Position numbers and translations under genes: made by a program
The notes under the pieces: model-generated
Databases searched by the model: none
What the model saw: the letters and a program-made list of their open reading frames with translations, nothing else
Told to the model about the DNA's origin: nothing
Source of the DNA: Octopus vulgaris
Lineage: Eukaryota
Length of the DNA: 64,000 nucleotides
Assembly (NCBI GenBank): GCA_951406725.2
Contig: OX597816.1
Location: 143,840,001 to 143,904,000, forward strand
Direction of reading: 5' to 3'
Shown here: positions 1-13,517 of the stretch, one piece after another
Layout: every line of letters starts with the position of its first letter
How positions within the stretch are numbered: position 1 is the first letter of the stretch

Positions 1-234
1 ACAATAGTGGACGCCTTCTTTCAGCCGTTATTTTTTCTGGTTGTTTGGGGCTGAAAGCTTTGAGGCGATTAGTGTTTCCACAGTTGTAACATTTTACTCA
101 CCTCTATCATCTGTAGTTTCTGCCCTCCTTGGATCTCTACAACGTCGGGGATTTTATCCAGTGTCTCAGGTTTCACTTGAATCAGAATGAGCGAGTCGAA
201 GAGACATGTTACTGATACCACAACAAAAATAACG

Positions 235-660
235 ATTCTTTCTACTATAAGCACAAAGCCTGAAATTTTGATGGAGGAGATTAGTCGATTACATTGGCCC
301 CAGTTCTCAACTAGTACTTATTGATCTGAAAAGATGAAAGGTAAAGTCGACCTTGGCGAAATTTGAACTCGGAACGTACAGATGGATGAAAGCCGTTAAG
401 TAATTTATCCGGCGTGCTAACGATTCTGCCGGCTTGTCCCCTTTTGTAATTGTTTCAAGATTTGGCACAAGGCCAGCAATGTCAGGAGGAGAGGATTATT
501 CGATTACTTTGATCTTCAGTACTTGAGTGGTACTTTATTTTACCAACCCTGAAAGAATGAAATGCGAAGCTGACCTCCACAGAATTCGAACGCAAAATTT
601 AAAGAGTCAAAAGAAACATCTCGAAGCATTTTGTTCGAGGCACTAAAGATTCTACCACTT
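235..660 (-). mobile_element. Two adjacent degenerate copies of tRNA-derived SINE family B
   Basis: Both match the recurrent unit (+ view) CCCGAAAGGATGAAAGGCAAAGTCGACCTCGGCGGAATTTGAACTCAGAACGT...GTGCTAACGATTCTGCC; B-box GTTCAAATTCC lies on the minus strand. Confidence 0.75.
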
Positions 661-1433
661 GTAGTGATTTCTTTTATTACAACTTTAGCGAGGACAAGTT
701 ACAAATAATAATTATGATGCATTGTAAAAAAAAATCGAAACTTTGACAATAGTAACAACAATCTCAACATCAACAAGAAGAGCAAGAGCAGTAGGCGCAA
801 CAAAACGATAAAGACTGAACGTGTGTATGAAGTGGGCGGCGAGGGTTGCGACAGATATAATTGTGGCCTTGAACTAAAATGCCAAATCAAGGTTTTTTTT
901 TGTTTTTTTTTACTAATGTTTATGTATAGTAAGTTGAAGCAATAAAGGCTGGTGACTGCGGTAAAAGTTGTCAGAGGAATGGTATCAGTAACCACCATAG
1001 ATGAGGCGGCTATTATAGGATTGCCAATAAGCGCTAGAGTAAAAAAAAAAAAAGAAAAAGAGATTGAGAGAAAACTCGAGAAAGTAAAATAGAACATCAC
1101 ACATACACAGACACACACACACAAATATACACGCACACACAGCCCTCTAGTTAAAAAGAATGAGGTCAACACGCGGCCTATAATCTAGCTAAAGTGGTTG
1201 CGAATTTTATTTAGTTTGGGGATTTTTTTTATCCTTTACTATTCTTTAGTTTTTATTTGTATTCTTTTCGAATGACAGACGACATGCAGCTCGTTTATAG
1301 GTCACTGTTTCTTTTGCTTATTATATTTACTTGGCATTGTAAATTGATAAACAGTTAATTCAGATGCTATTGTCAGATTTAAATCTTCATCTATACATGT
1401 ATGCCCGTCTATTCATGTATGTGTACTTCTAAG

Positions 1434-1504
<71 letters not shown>

Positions 1505-1507
<3 letters not shown>

Positions 1508-1597
1508 GGGCAAGTGTCTTATACTGTAGCCAAAGCCTTGTGAGTGGATTTGGTGGGCGGAAACTGAAAGAAGGCCGTCGTGTGTGTGTGTGTGTAT

Positions 1598-1651
<54 letters not shown>

Positions 1652-1865
1652 TGTGTGTACTTCTTTGCGTCTGACCCCTACTACCGCTTGACGACTGGTA
1701 CTGGTGTTTGTATGTCCCTGTTTTGGTATTGTTGGCGGTTCAGCAACAGAAACCAACAGAATAAGTACCAGGCTTTAAAAAAAGTGCTCGGGTCGATTTG
1801 CTCGACTAAAAATTCTCCAAGGGAGTATCTCGGCATGGTCACAGACTATGAAAGAAGTAAAAGCT
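1505..1865 (+). mobile_element. SINE family A (octopus OR/OK-type), 5'-truncated, with internal (GT)/(CA) microsatellite
   Basis: AAAGCCTTGTGAGTGGATTTGG...GGAAACTGAAAGAAG, internal microsatellite and 3' ...GCATGGTCACAG...AAGTAAAAG, as in the full copy at 56914. Confidence 0.8.
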
Positions 1866-1916
1866 ATATATAATATAATATAATATAATAATATATAATA
1901 TTATATAATATTATAT

Positions 1917-1973
<57 letters not shown>

Positions 1974-2754
1974 TTGCATATATGGGTACAGGGCGTCACC
2001 AACGGTGCAAATAACGTACACACTAGAGTTAGATACAAGACGTGGACAGTAAGTACAGGATAAAAACGAGTGAAATACGAAAACAACGAGAAAAAATGGA
2101 AAACAGGACAAGTTAACACAGAATAAGGACCCTTCATCAGTTATCAGCTGTTTGTCTACTCCTCATTTTCGAGCATTAAGCAGATACGCGTATAAATAAA
2201 TACATGCAATAACAAAGGAGAGAAAATAGCACACATTTGGTTACTGTTGTAGCTGTTGTAAATATTTGATAACAGGTTGACTCAGCTCCTCAACACTTAA
2301 AGATCGTGGGCGCAGATACGCGTCCACATCATCAGATGAACAGACTCAGGGTCGGTACACTTGAGAATGTGAAAGCGTTATATATGTGTAAGTGTGTATG
2401 TGGGGCGTGCGGGAGTCCTTAGCTACCACAATTCCTAAGTGCGTTCTACTCTGCTGTGGTAGTAACTACCAAGGGGCTTAGTTGCGGATCAATTTACAGA
2501 AGATGGTTATGTGTCTTAAGAATACAGGACTGGGCTGCGCTCTGGCACCTAGAGATATATCTCGTAGGTCTTTCGATAAGTAGAGTGCCCTGATAGCTCT
2601 TGAGTTAGCATTTCCCCACTGTCTAAGGGCTAAACAGACCTTGTATTCAAAGGTAAGATAGAAAGAGCAGGGAACTAATAGAGTAAATTATATAAAAACT
2701 AACACGACAACAGGAAATCGGTGAACAGGTAAGTTATGGGGTCGTAAACAAACT

Positions 2755-3035
2755 AACACCTGTTGTCAAATGGTGGTGGGTGGGTGGGACAAACGAAAAA
2801 GACTGGCTCATATAGGCATAGACACATACATGCAAACATACATACATAAATACATTTATTCATACACACACACATAAACCGCGGGCTTCTTTCAGTTTCT
2901 ATCTATCAAATCTACTCACAAGGCTTTGGTCAGCTCAAGGCTATAGTAGAAGAGACTTGCCCAAGGTGCCACAAAGTTAGACTGAACCCAGCCCCAGGTA
3001 GTTGAGAAATAAACCTCTTACTACGCAGCCGCACC
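2755..3035 (-). mobile_element. SINE family A, degenerate
   Basis: CTTTCAGTTTCTATCTATCAAATCTACTCACAAGGCTTTGGTC...CCCAAGGTGCCAC matches the family body. Confidence 0.75.
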
Positions 3036-3199
3036 AGTCCTGCGTTTGTTAAGTGGTCTGTAACTATTTCTTTGGGGTTTTTGTTTTCTTTCCCTAACTC
3101 GGTTTATTAAGAACTTTTTGCATACGTACTCAATGCACTACCACCTACCGGAAGTACACACACACGTATGTATATGTATATATACATCTGTGTGCATAA

Positions 3200-3239
<40 letters not shown>

Positions 3240-3555
3240 CACACACACACATACACACACCAGCTATTATCTTTTCTCTGCAGACGGTCTTCAGTCGCAG
3301 AGGAATTTATAGTATGGCCTTAATATACTCATATTATACGAAGTATACAACTGGCTTATTATGTAACACATAATCAGTCACAAACATACACACTCAGTTG
3401 TGCACTGGTGTGTGTTTGTGTGTTTGCAATTTGTGCCTTTTTGCGCGTGAGTGTGAATGTATAAATACACATACACGCATTCAAGCGCACGCACATACAA
3501 ACTCGTACAATCACACACACACACACACACACATACATAGAAAGAGAACGAGATG

Positions 3556-3592
<37 letters not shown>

Positions 3593-3746
3593 GGGAGACA
3601 GAGAGATGGAGTTACATAGAGAGATAAACAGACGTATATATATGCAATTCTTCAAGAAGAATAGTATTGATAGTAACTTCGAAGTTTGAACCAGTCAAGC
3701 TATTATCGGTCTGTCCGACAACTTAAAGACAAACGTATAAATACAA

Positions 3747-3955
3747 AGGCGCCGGCGTGGCTGTGGGGTAAGAAGCTTTCTTCCCAATCACATGGCTCCT
3801 GGTTCAGTCCCACTGCTTGAAATCTTGGGTCAGTGTCTTTTACTAAAGCCTTGTGAGTGCATTTGGTAGACAGAAACTGAAAGAATCCCGTCGTATATAT
3901 GTATATATCTATGTGTGTGTGTGTCTTTATATCAGTGTTTGTCACACCGCCACCA
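3747..3955 (+). mobile_element. SINE family A, head and body
   Basis: tRNA-like head GGCGTGGCTGTGGGGTAAG...GGTTCAGTCCC followed by the family body. Confidence 0.8.
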
Positions 3956-4332
3956 TCACCACCACCATATATATATATATATATATATATATAAATGGGA
4001 AAAGAAGAGAAGTTACGTAATCACCACCGTTAGCTTATAGCTGTTTCTGTAATACGAAGCAGTGCACTCAGCGCTGAAGGCACTGCTTTTTATAAAAAAA
4101 AAAAACAGATGTAAGCTAAAGAAGGTAATTACTTGACTTCTTTTCTGTCGTCGTTTATTAATTAATATTTTGTTCTGTACTCGCCTAATGCTTTAGTAAA
4201 GCAATAGGGAAGTACAGAGCGAAAGAATTCTATTGAGTTCTAACATTTGCTTATTAGTATCGCTAATGCCTAAGGGAGATCATAACATACATACGTAAAT
4301 TTACAGGATGACATAATGTACTTGTATACTAA

Positions 4333-4642
4333 CTCTTTTTACTCTTTTACTCTTTTATTAGTTTCAGTCATTGACTGCGGCCATGCTGGAGCACCGCCTT
4401 TAATCGAGCAACTCGACCCCGGGACTTATTCTTTTGTAAGCCCAGTACTTATTCTATCGGTCTCTTTTGCCGAACCGCTAAGTAACGGGGACACAAGCAC
4501 ACCAGCATCGGTTGTCAAGCAATGCTAGGGGGACAAACACAGACACACACAAACACACACGCGCAGTATCAGAGCGAGCTAGAATCGCAACTAGTATCCA
4601 AATTCAAAGTGTGAATGAAGATTGTGTCACCATAGCCAAACA

Positions 4643-4684
<42 letters not shown>

Positions 4685-4888
4685 TACATACATACGACGG
4701 GCTAAGGAGATTCAGTTTCAGTTTACGACGGGTCTTTCAGTTTCCGTCTACCAAATCCACTCACAAGGCTTTGGTCGGCCCGAGGCTATAGTAGAAGACA
4801 CTTGCCCAAGGTGCCACGCAGTGGGACTGAACCCGGATCCATGCGGTTGGTAAACAAGCTACTTACCACACAGCCACTCCTGCGCCTA
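4333..4888 (-). mobile_element. SINE family A, full length, with an ~80-bp insertion in its internal microsatellite
   Basis: Tail (TTTACTCT)n...CAGTCATTGACTGCGGCCATGCTGGAGCACCGCC through head ...CACACAGCCACTCCTGCGCCT. Confidence 0.9.
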
Positions 4889-5065
4889 TCCATATTTTTA
4901 TTACATCACATGTAATAACTCTCAAGCATGCCCACTTAAATCACCACCCGTTCACCTTCAATTGTATCGTGGGAATATAGAGGTAAGGCTCAAGGGAGGA
5001 TCAGAGGGACAGATCAAGGGAGCACCAATATCTGAGGAACGAATCTAGCTATGCATTATTTTATT

Positions 5066-5265
5066 CTTTTATTCTTTTACTTGCTTCAGTCATTTGACTG
5101 CGGGCTTGCTGGAGCACCGCCTTTAGTCGAACAAATCGACCCCATGACTTATTCTTTGTAAGCCTAGTACTTATTCTATCGGCTTTTTTGCCGAACCTCT
5201 AGTTATGGGGGAGGTCGTAAACAGACCAGCATCAGTTGTCAAGCGACGATGAGGGGACAAACACC

Positions 5266-5357
<92 letters not shown>

Positions 5358-5432
5358 CACGACGGGATTCTTTCAGTTTCCATCTACCAAATCCACTCAC
5401 AAGGCTTTGGTCGGCCCGAGGCTATAGTAGAA
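5066..5432 (-). mobile_element. SINE family A lacking its head
   Basis: Tail and body match 4333-4800; similarity stops abruptly after GCTATAGTAGAA. Confidence 0.85.
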
Positions 5433-5989
5433 AGGTTTTTCATAAGGACCTGCAGACAGACTTCATAACTAAGTTCCATGATATCTAAGAGGTGATGGAT
5501 TGTTCCGTGATGGTCCTAATTTTTGTATAAAACCATAAACAAATGAACTACGCACGACAAATAAGCCCTCACAACTTTTTTATTTTGGGGAATTTTCAGA
5601 AAAGTTTTGCGAATTTGTATTATACACTCGGGAATTCATACGATTATGCAAAAAAAAAAGGCCTATTTAGCTGTTATTTTTAGTACACCTCACAATTACC
5701 TCAATGACAGAAAAAAAAACACGAGTAAATAACCCGTATTTGTAGTTTTAAGCATTCACAATGCCTTTAATGCAATAAACAGCTCATTACAAATTAAATA
5801 TTTCTGAAAATAAGAAACTTATAGCACAGACAATTTATCCAAAAACAAAATAGCACATTACAAATTAAATATTAAGAGAAAAACAAACATTTTGCTGACC
5901 AGTTCATTGTAACCGAAAGTTAGAAATGTATTCGAACAATTTCTCGAACAAATCGCAATTTTCATGTCTCCTGCGCTACATAACATTCA

Positions 5990-6760
5990 CAGAGATATGA
6001 ATCTACCATAGAACGGTGAGTGCCACAGCGTCTCTTGTTACTTCGCTTTACAGAGGCTCATGCACTCTCAACTTTTTAAGCGTGGGTGCCGTCTTTCTAG
6101 TTAACAAACTCAACGCTGTAGTTCACCGATCCATGCTCAAAATTGTAACCATCAATTTCGGGAATGTGTGAGTATGCCCTCCACAAATCGCTGAAAATTG
6201 TGGTTCTTGGAAGAATCGAGTGTTGTATGCATTCATACAGTGTGTCACGATTCCGACATGGCACCGCGTAAAGAAAAGTCTATCTGGTCTCGCGACACAC
6301 TCTTCTGAAAGTCCACTGTTCAAGTAGGACTCTTCCTCGGTTACGTCTTGAGAAGGCTTCCTTTACATAGCTGTTATAATCAACAGCTGTGCAATGGCTC
6401 ATCCCCAGTTCTTCAACACAAACCCGGACTAAAGTCAATTCCTTAACCCATGAGTAAAGGAAAAGCCCTACAGTCCTAAGAAGAAGGGTACCACTTTCAA
6501 ACCATGCGTCTTGTCTCACTGACGCAGACTCCATGCATCCTTGGCGTGAGCATCGCCAATACATATTCCCACCACGTTTTTGTACTCATAAAATGCTTCT
6601 TCGTTTTACATAATTTACTTTTGGGTATAACACCCTTTTCTTGTAAGTACGAAATCGCCTCCACCTCTGGGGCGTTATTTAAGACTTATTTGGCTGCTAT
6701 TTTTAGTACATATGACAACCACTTTAATGACTCGAATATATTTGCCAACTCTTACTTTCT
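5990..6760 (-). mobile_element. Decayed Merlin (IS1595/ISXO2-like) DNA transposon transposase
   Basis: ORF 6280-6564 reads WRCSRQGC...SVRQDAWFE...ELGMSHCTAVDYNSY...RRNRGRVLLEQWTFRRVCRETR. Downstream minus translation FEHGSVNYSVEFVN*KDGTHA*KVESA resembles the Merlin VNHSxxFVxPxTGxHTQxIESxW motif. Stops and frameshifts present. Confidence 0.8.
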
Positions 6761-7215
6761 CGCAGACAAAAGAGTTTTCATGTTTGGCTTGATACTATGG
6801 AAGCAGGCATGAATGTGTCTGTGGCTTACGATTGGCTACAATTACCCAAAATTTTCAAACTTTGATAGCTAATTACTTTTTATTTATTAATTTATGGTGA
6901 AAATGATTTTCATGGCATTGATTAGCGTATAAAAGTATATCATTACGCTGAATATGAAATCAATTCGAACAGAAATTGAAGAGATTGAAAATATTCGGCG
7001 CGGGTGCTAATTCACATTCAAGCCTACATTAAAAATACAACAAAAAAACCCCCCAAAAAACAAGGAGGGATCCACGATGCAACAAGCATTAATAAGGGAG
7101 GTTACTCGGGTGGGTAATAATTATTCCTCTTTGACACCAGCTTCCTCCAACCTGTTTGAGTGAGAAAGAGGGAGAGATGAGAAAAAGAGAGAGAGAGAGA
7201 AGATAGAGAGGGAAC

Positions 7216-7288
<73 letters not shown>

Positions 7289-9099
7289 CAAGTCAGAACG
7301 AAACGAGAGAAACAAAATTTGAATAAACATTATTTTCCACATGAAATTAGGTGGGCCATCCAGAAAGCATCGTGGACCACAGTTTGCCCATGTCTGCTTT
7401 AGAAGCATATACCAAACGATAAAATCAGTATCAGACTGAGATACTGGGGCGATATAATATTCGAAACTCAAGAAGGTTATGCACCAGCATGGGCGCAGCT
7501 CAGTCTCTAATTTCAATAACAGAATAAAAATATACGAAAAAAAAAAGAAAAACATTGCTTGTAAAACGGCACATCAATTTCAATTTTCGAACTCTCCTAA
7601 GCTTTGTAATGCTTTCTGCGTTAAATATGGTCATACTAAATTGAAGTTTTTCAAGCGAACAGCGTCATTGAATAGTTTCTCGTACTTTCTCTAAAATTAT
7701 ACTGATTTTCACACCTACTCGTTTACAATATTGTACATACACTTGATTCTATTATCACAACTTCGGCAAGTTCGATGAAAAGCAATCCTAATTGACGAGG
7801 TGTAATGAAATGTCCAGACCTGCCTCCTGAATTTTGAATCTACTAATGACTTCTATTATTCCGGGAAAATAGACACTTGTAACCTGAGCTCCTTATAGGA
7901 TTCGCGAAACGTGGAAAGTTTCTCTTTAAGACTCTGGCAAGGAAAAGAGTTTTGTATTTTTGTAGCAGACCAACAGTTTCTTATGCATTCAAGTCTCCTA
8001 TATCCACACTACAGTTGTTATCCAAGAGTAGAGCAAAAATCAGTACAACTTGGCCATTATTATCAAAACAGGCGTTGCCGTCAGAACAGACATCGCACGT
8101 CATTCCGTCCGACACTGTATCAATTCTGCTAATCAACCATCATCGACTGTTAGTTTATCGCCTTTGAAAAATGAAAAGCAAATTTGATCTCAGCAGGATT
8201 TGAAATAAAAGTGTTTGAACAAAAATACGACATTCTAACGATTCTGCTAATCTCATAGTCAAATCGTCATACTAGAGCTGATTTAATAGCAACAAATGTC
8301 TTGCCATGTGCTAGTGTGCGAAATATTTATATTTGATTTATTTGAATAAACATGAAATCTAAGCATATTCAACGCCATTTACGTATGAAAGATTTGGTTA
8401 ACTGAAGCTCGTGTAAAAGGCAATGGTTTCTTATTTTTAAATCAGACACATGACTGGTTTGGTGAGTTTAATGTAGAACATGAAAATAATAAACGAATTG
8501 TCAGTTTCACTGAACAACTACGTCACAACAAGTCAATGATGTAAAGAATCAGTGTTTCTATTTACATGCAAATCTGTGGACAATGAGCGGCTCTGTTTCA
8601 GAATCTGTTACATGTTGTAAACGACTAGCGGTTCTAGGAAAACTAAAGAAAATAATACATATTCATTAAAACATTCTAGCTTTCATTGAATTTTCGGCTG
8701 ATTGGCAACACCTGTTAATACTGACTCATTCACAATATAATCTTTTCCCATATAAGCGGAATGCTTTAAATGCAAGGTAGTTGGAAATCAGAATCGGTAG
8801 AGCGTCAGAGAAAATGCCTTGCAATATTTAGTTACGCCCGAAGGCGGCGTGCTGGTAGAATCGTTAGCATGCCGGGCAAAATGCTTTATCACAGCCAGTG
8901 GACATATCTGGCCACATTGTTGTGTCTCCTTTTATATTCGCGTTGTGCGAGCTTACAGCTCTCACTAACAATATGGCTTATACTTTCTCCTTTCTCAGTG
9001 CACATTCTACACAGTGGCGAGTCAGTACGTTTATCAATGTAATATTTGGAGTAGTTTGTTCTGAGAGCTTTCCTTGCGCGCCGCTCGCTAATGCCTCAG

Positions 9100-10520
9100 T
9101 GGGCCCTTTTAAGTCTCTTTTCTGCAGCTATTGATAGGTTCTATTCCTAAGGTCGTCGCACTTTTGCTCCATTAATTCTCTATAAAAAGCTAAAGTGGAC
9201 GTTCCACCTATCGCACTGTCCGATTGGCTGAGGGCTGTGAGCGCTTGAAGACGTTCCACTTTCCAAAAGCTCCTCCTCGGTCTCTGTTTCTCCCAGGACT
9301 GCAGCTACATTAAGGAAACTAGCTGCAGAAATATGTCTGGCGAACGGCGCCCACACCTGTTCACCGTCATGTCGTAGCCTCAGCGCATGTCTCCACATCA
9401 TCAACCACGGCATGCCCAGCCCACCACGCAGCGGGTGCTGAGAGCAGATAGCCCACCTGATCATCGGGACGCGTCCCTTCCTCGAGAAGCGGAAGTGTAT
9501 ACGCTCCAGTGTAATCAGACGGTGGCCAGGACAAGGCATGACGGTCAAATGATAGTAGATGACGGATGCGATATACGCTATCCCTGAAAAGCCCGACTTT
9601 TCAGGGATAGCTTTCCCTCGGCCCATTTCTGGGTGAGAGTAGTCACCCTGCTCGTTACATCGTTCTAGCTTTTGTCTATCAGGAGGTCTGGACTGAACCA
9701 GATCTCGAGCAATTTAACCGGTCCGTCCGTTCAGCACCCAACAACGTAGTTGGACGGCATGGACTTGCTTCTCCAGGTACCGAGCCGTAAGCCCACTGAT
9801 TTTTCCTGGTTAATTGTCGCTCTTGAAACCGCCTTGTATTTCCTGAGAATGGTTCCGAGCATTTCTGTTTTTATGATCCGACATCACTACAGTGACGTCG
9901 TCGGCATATGCTGACATGCATCTCCCATTCTTAAGTCACGCGGGATACCTCTCAATACTTCCAGTTTGTGTAGTAGTGGCTTGAGAGTCAGTACGTACAA
10001 GAAAGACGAGAGGGGACAACATTGCCGGACCGAGCGCATGATGTTGAACGTCTCTGAGAGGTGACAGTTCGCTCTGACCACTGAACAGATGTTGCTGTGC
10101 ATTGCAGCGATCCAGCCTCTGAATACAGGCCCAAAACCAGCTGACTTGAGGACCGCCGCCAGGTATAGATGGTCGACCCTATCGAAAGCTTTAGACTGAT
10201 CAGGGCCCCACCCGTTCCAGGTTCTTTAGCCACTTTTTAATGATGTATCGCATGATGTGGAGGTTGTCGCACATCATTTCGGAATGGTAGATGTCTGTGC
10301 CTCCCCTACTAGATCCCTGATGACAAGCGCCAACCTCGTAGCTAATACCTTGGCCAAAATTTTGAACTCTGCATCCAGCAGAGTTATGGGCCTAAAGATA
10401 TCAAAACAATCCCTCTTGTTCGGGTCTTTTCACAGCAACGCCACTGCTCCTCGGCTCACAAAACTAGGAATTCTCCCATTCTGTTGCCAGTTGCAGTAAA
10501 CATTTGCTAAGAGGTCACCC
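9100..10520 (-). mobile_element. Tx1/L1-clade LINE, reverse transcriptase region, degenerate
   Basis: Across frameshifts: FRPITLLDAEFKILAKVLATRL, KAFDRVDHLYL, SVRQCCPLSSFLYVLTLKPLL, AYADDVTV, HPLRGGLGMP. Confidence 0.9.
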
Positions 10521-10581
<61 letters not shown>

Positions 10582-10585
<4 letters not shown>

Positions 10586-11188
10586 AAAGATATATAACAA
10601 GTAACTGCAGAATATGTGGAGATGGACAAGAAACAATAAATCATATTATCTCTGGCTGCCCAATCCTGGCTAAGAAGGAATATATTCACAGACATGACAG
10701 AGTTGGGACCTACATACACTGGAAGCTATGCCAACATTATGGAATAACAACAGAAAAAAGATGGTATTAAGGCCAACAGACCAGATATAGTTGTGAGAGA
10801 TCATGAAGAAAAAAATGCTTTCTAATTGATGTATCAATACCGGCAGATGACAACGTGTCTCTAAAAGAAATGGAGAAACTTTCAAAATACAAATACCTGG
10901 AAATAGAGGTAACCAGAATGTGGAATCTAAAAACAGAAACAATTCCTATCATAGTAGGTGCATTAGGCATGATAAAAAAATATTCAGACAAATACATAGC
11001 AAAAACACCAGGACTTACAAACACATATAACATACAGAAAATTGCACTACTAGGCACTGCACACATCCTACGCAGAACACTTTCCATACAGTAACCATCA
11101 GAGCATCACAACAAATCACAGCACATACCCAAGGCACACAGAGCTGCGCTCGGTAGTGAAGTGAAAGCACGCTATAAAAATAAAACTA

Positions 11189-11191
<3 letters not shown>
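10582..11191 (+). mobile_element. R4/Dong-clade non-LTR retrotransposon 3' fragment (CCHC zinc knuckle, restriction-like endonuclease, 3' UTR) flanked by (TAA)n
   Basis: CRICGDGQETINHIISGCPILAKKEYIHRHD; RPDIVVRDHEEK; DVSIPADDNVSLKEMEKLSKY; IPIIVGALG; (TAA)n at 10521-10582 and 11192-11264. Confidence 0.9.
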
Positions 11192-11264
<73 letters not shown>

Positions 11265-11268
<4 letters not shown>

Positions 11269-11600
11269 GAAGCATGATAACATAGATAAGTATGTTCACT
11301 TGAGATTGCGTCAGAAGTACGATCTTGAAAGGACGTTGAAATGGTAGGAGTATAAACAAGACGGTGTCAACGAGAATAATGAGTAAAAGATCTTATAGGA
11401 TTTTACAATCCAGTGTGATTCAGTGAGTGATGTTCGGAAATCAAGATCATAGATACTGCCATACTTGTGGATTTACAAATGGATGATAAGGAGCTGGAAA
11501 AGATTGAGAAGTACAAGCTGTTGAAAGGTGAGATTGTACGAATACGGGCAATAAAGGACCCTCTACAAACAACAGCAAAATTGGAAAAGCATTCAGAGCT
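11265..11600 (+). mobile_element. Second, older R4/Dong-like RLE fragment
   Basis: Remnants KHDNIDKYVH, ILxDFTIQCD and DDKELEKIEKYKLLKGEIVRI directly after the (TAA)n tract. Confidence 0.6.
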
Positions 11601-11651
11601 GTTAGATATCTCCTCCTCCTCCCCTCCTCCTCCTCCTCCTCCTCCTTACTG

Positions 11652-11723
<72 letters not shown>

Positions 11724-13176
11724 ATTTCAAATGTTTTCTAAAGTTACTCATGCTACATAAGACTGACATACAAATCGATATTATCTTACGAGAATGTAAC
11801 ACCGCCACCCGAAACCTAACCCGAAATTTGTGAACTCCACCCATATTATTGGTTGATCTTGACAGAGAAATAAAAGGCTACGGCTGCTTGAATTCTTTCA
11901 TCAGAATTTTTTGCTTCGTTGATTATGAAATTATATATTGCTGTCCCGTATCGTATATCTGCCAGCTCCATAAATTTCAACAGAAGCTATCGATAAGGGC
12001 GTTCCTCGTATCAACTGTCTACTGACCAGTTGAAAGTTACACATTTGATACTTGCATATTTCGGATGACACCGAAAAAAAAAATCTAATCAGGCATGACC
12101 TTGTGTTTCAGAAGTTCGCCTCCCTCCCACGCAGTAAAATCGCTTGGGGTATTATGCTTTATTATAAGCTCGGGTCGATCAAAGCCTTGGAAGATTAAAG
12201 TTCATAGATGGGAATCGAGCAGTATCCGTCAGCTGTATGCATATTTTATATATATATGCGCGCGTGCGCGCCCGCACACACACACACACACTCACACGCA
12301 CACACATACATACACACACATACAAGTATATAAGTATATGTATGTACGTGTGTGCGTATGCATGCATGTGTGTATGCGTGTTTGAATGTGTGTGTGTGTG
12401 TGTGTAAGAAGTGTGGCTTAATAGACAGGGTATTGACGTCGCGATCGTATAGTCATGTGTTCGATTCGTATGCCTTTGCATCTATTAAGAAAAGTTTCAT
12501 CTTTCGTGTAATTGAAGAAATCAAAAGTATGAAGGATATTTTTCTTGAAATTATAAATGCAATACTAGATCATGTAATCAGTATAAAATAGTACAAAAAA
12601 AGAAAAACCCCAAAAGCAAAAACAAAACAAAACAAGAAAAACAGTTACTCTGCAGGCTATTCTCAAGAATAGAAATTATACCGGAACGAAAATTACCTAG
12701 AACGCAATTTCCTCACGGCAAGGCAATTGCATCAACAAACAACATTATAATTTTATTTCCCAAATGGAAGACAGTGAACAAGCGAAAGTACAGATGATAC
12801 TCATAGAAAAAGAACATCTATAACAAGACCAACACCAGATGTCACAACGGACCAGACACAAAGTGCTATAAGTTACTTTGCAATAAGCTTGACTTTCCAC
12901 AAAAGACTCTCTTACGCATCGTATTCCTTAGGTTCAGTTAGTTAACGGAATTTTAAAAGTATGCAAGGTTTTTCTAAATTCCCATATGAAACACTTTGCT
13001 GTTGTTGTTTCTTCGCTAGAAACCAGCCTTTATACAACTAATTCAAAGAATTTAATGAAAAGTATTCATATATACATACCCATCGACATTAAAATACTGA
13101 GGTGTGTTAGGAAATAATCTCTCTATCTTTCTCTCTCTCTTTCGTTCTTTCTCTCTGTTTCTGTTTGTCTCATACC

Positions 13177-13254
<78 letters not shown>

Positions 13255-13486
13255 CACAGAGACACATTGCAACAAACATATAGATATTCGTATACACGAG
13301 TTTTCCAAACAGTATTATGCATGTATAACTACACATATATTATATATATGTACTTTTCTAATTTTTGTTTTACGTCTAAGCAAACATACGTACACGCGTA
13401 CGCGTCTGTGTGTTTGTGCATGTGTGTGCAATGTGCGTATGCATGTGTGCTTTATTCAATATGCTTAACCATTAGCCAACATATCC

Positions 13487-13517
<31 letters not shown>

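Noticed and set aside
2125-2178. Minus strand GCTC-GAAA...CTGATGA-AGGG, a possible permuted hammerhead
   Set aside because: The intervening sequence does not form stems I and III or a valid cleavage triplet in this copy
8515-8720. Octamer ATGCAAAT (8566), CCAAT and E-box motifs suggesting a promoter
   Set aside because: Short motifs expected by chance in AT-rich DNA; no linked gene or snRNA visible
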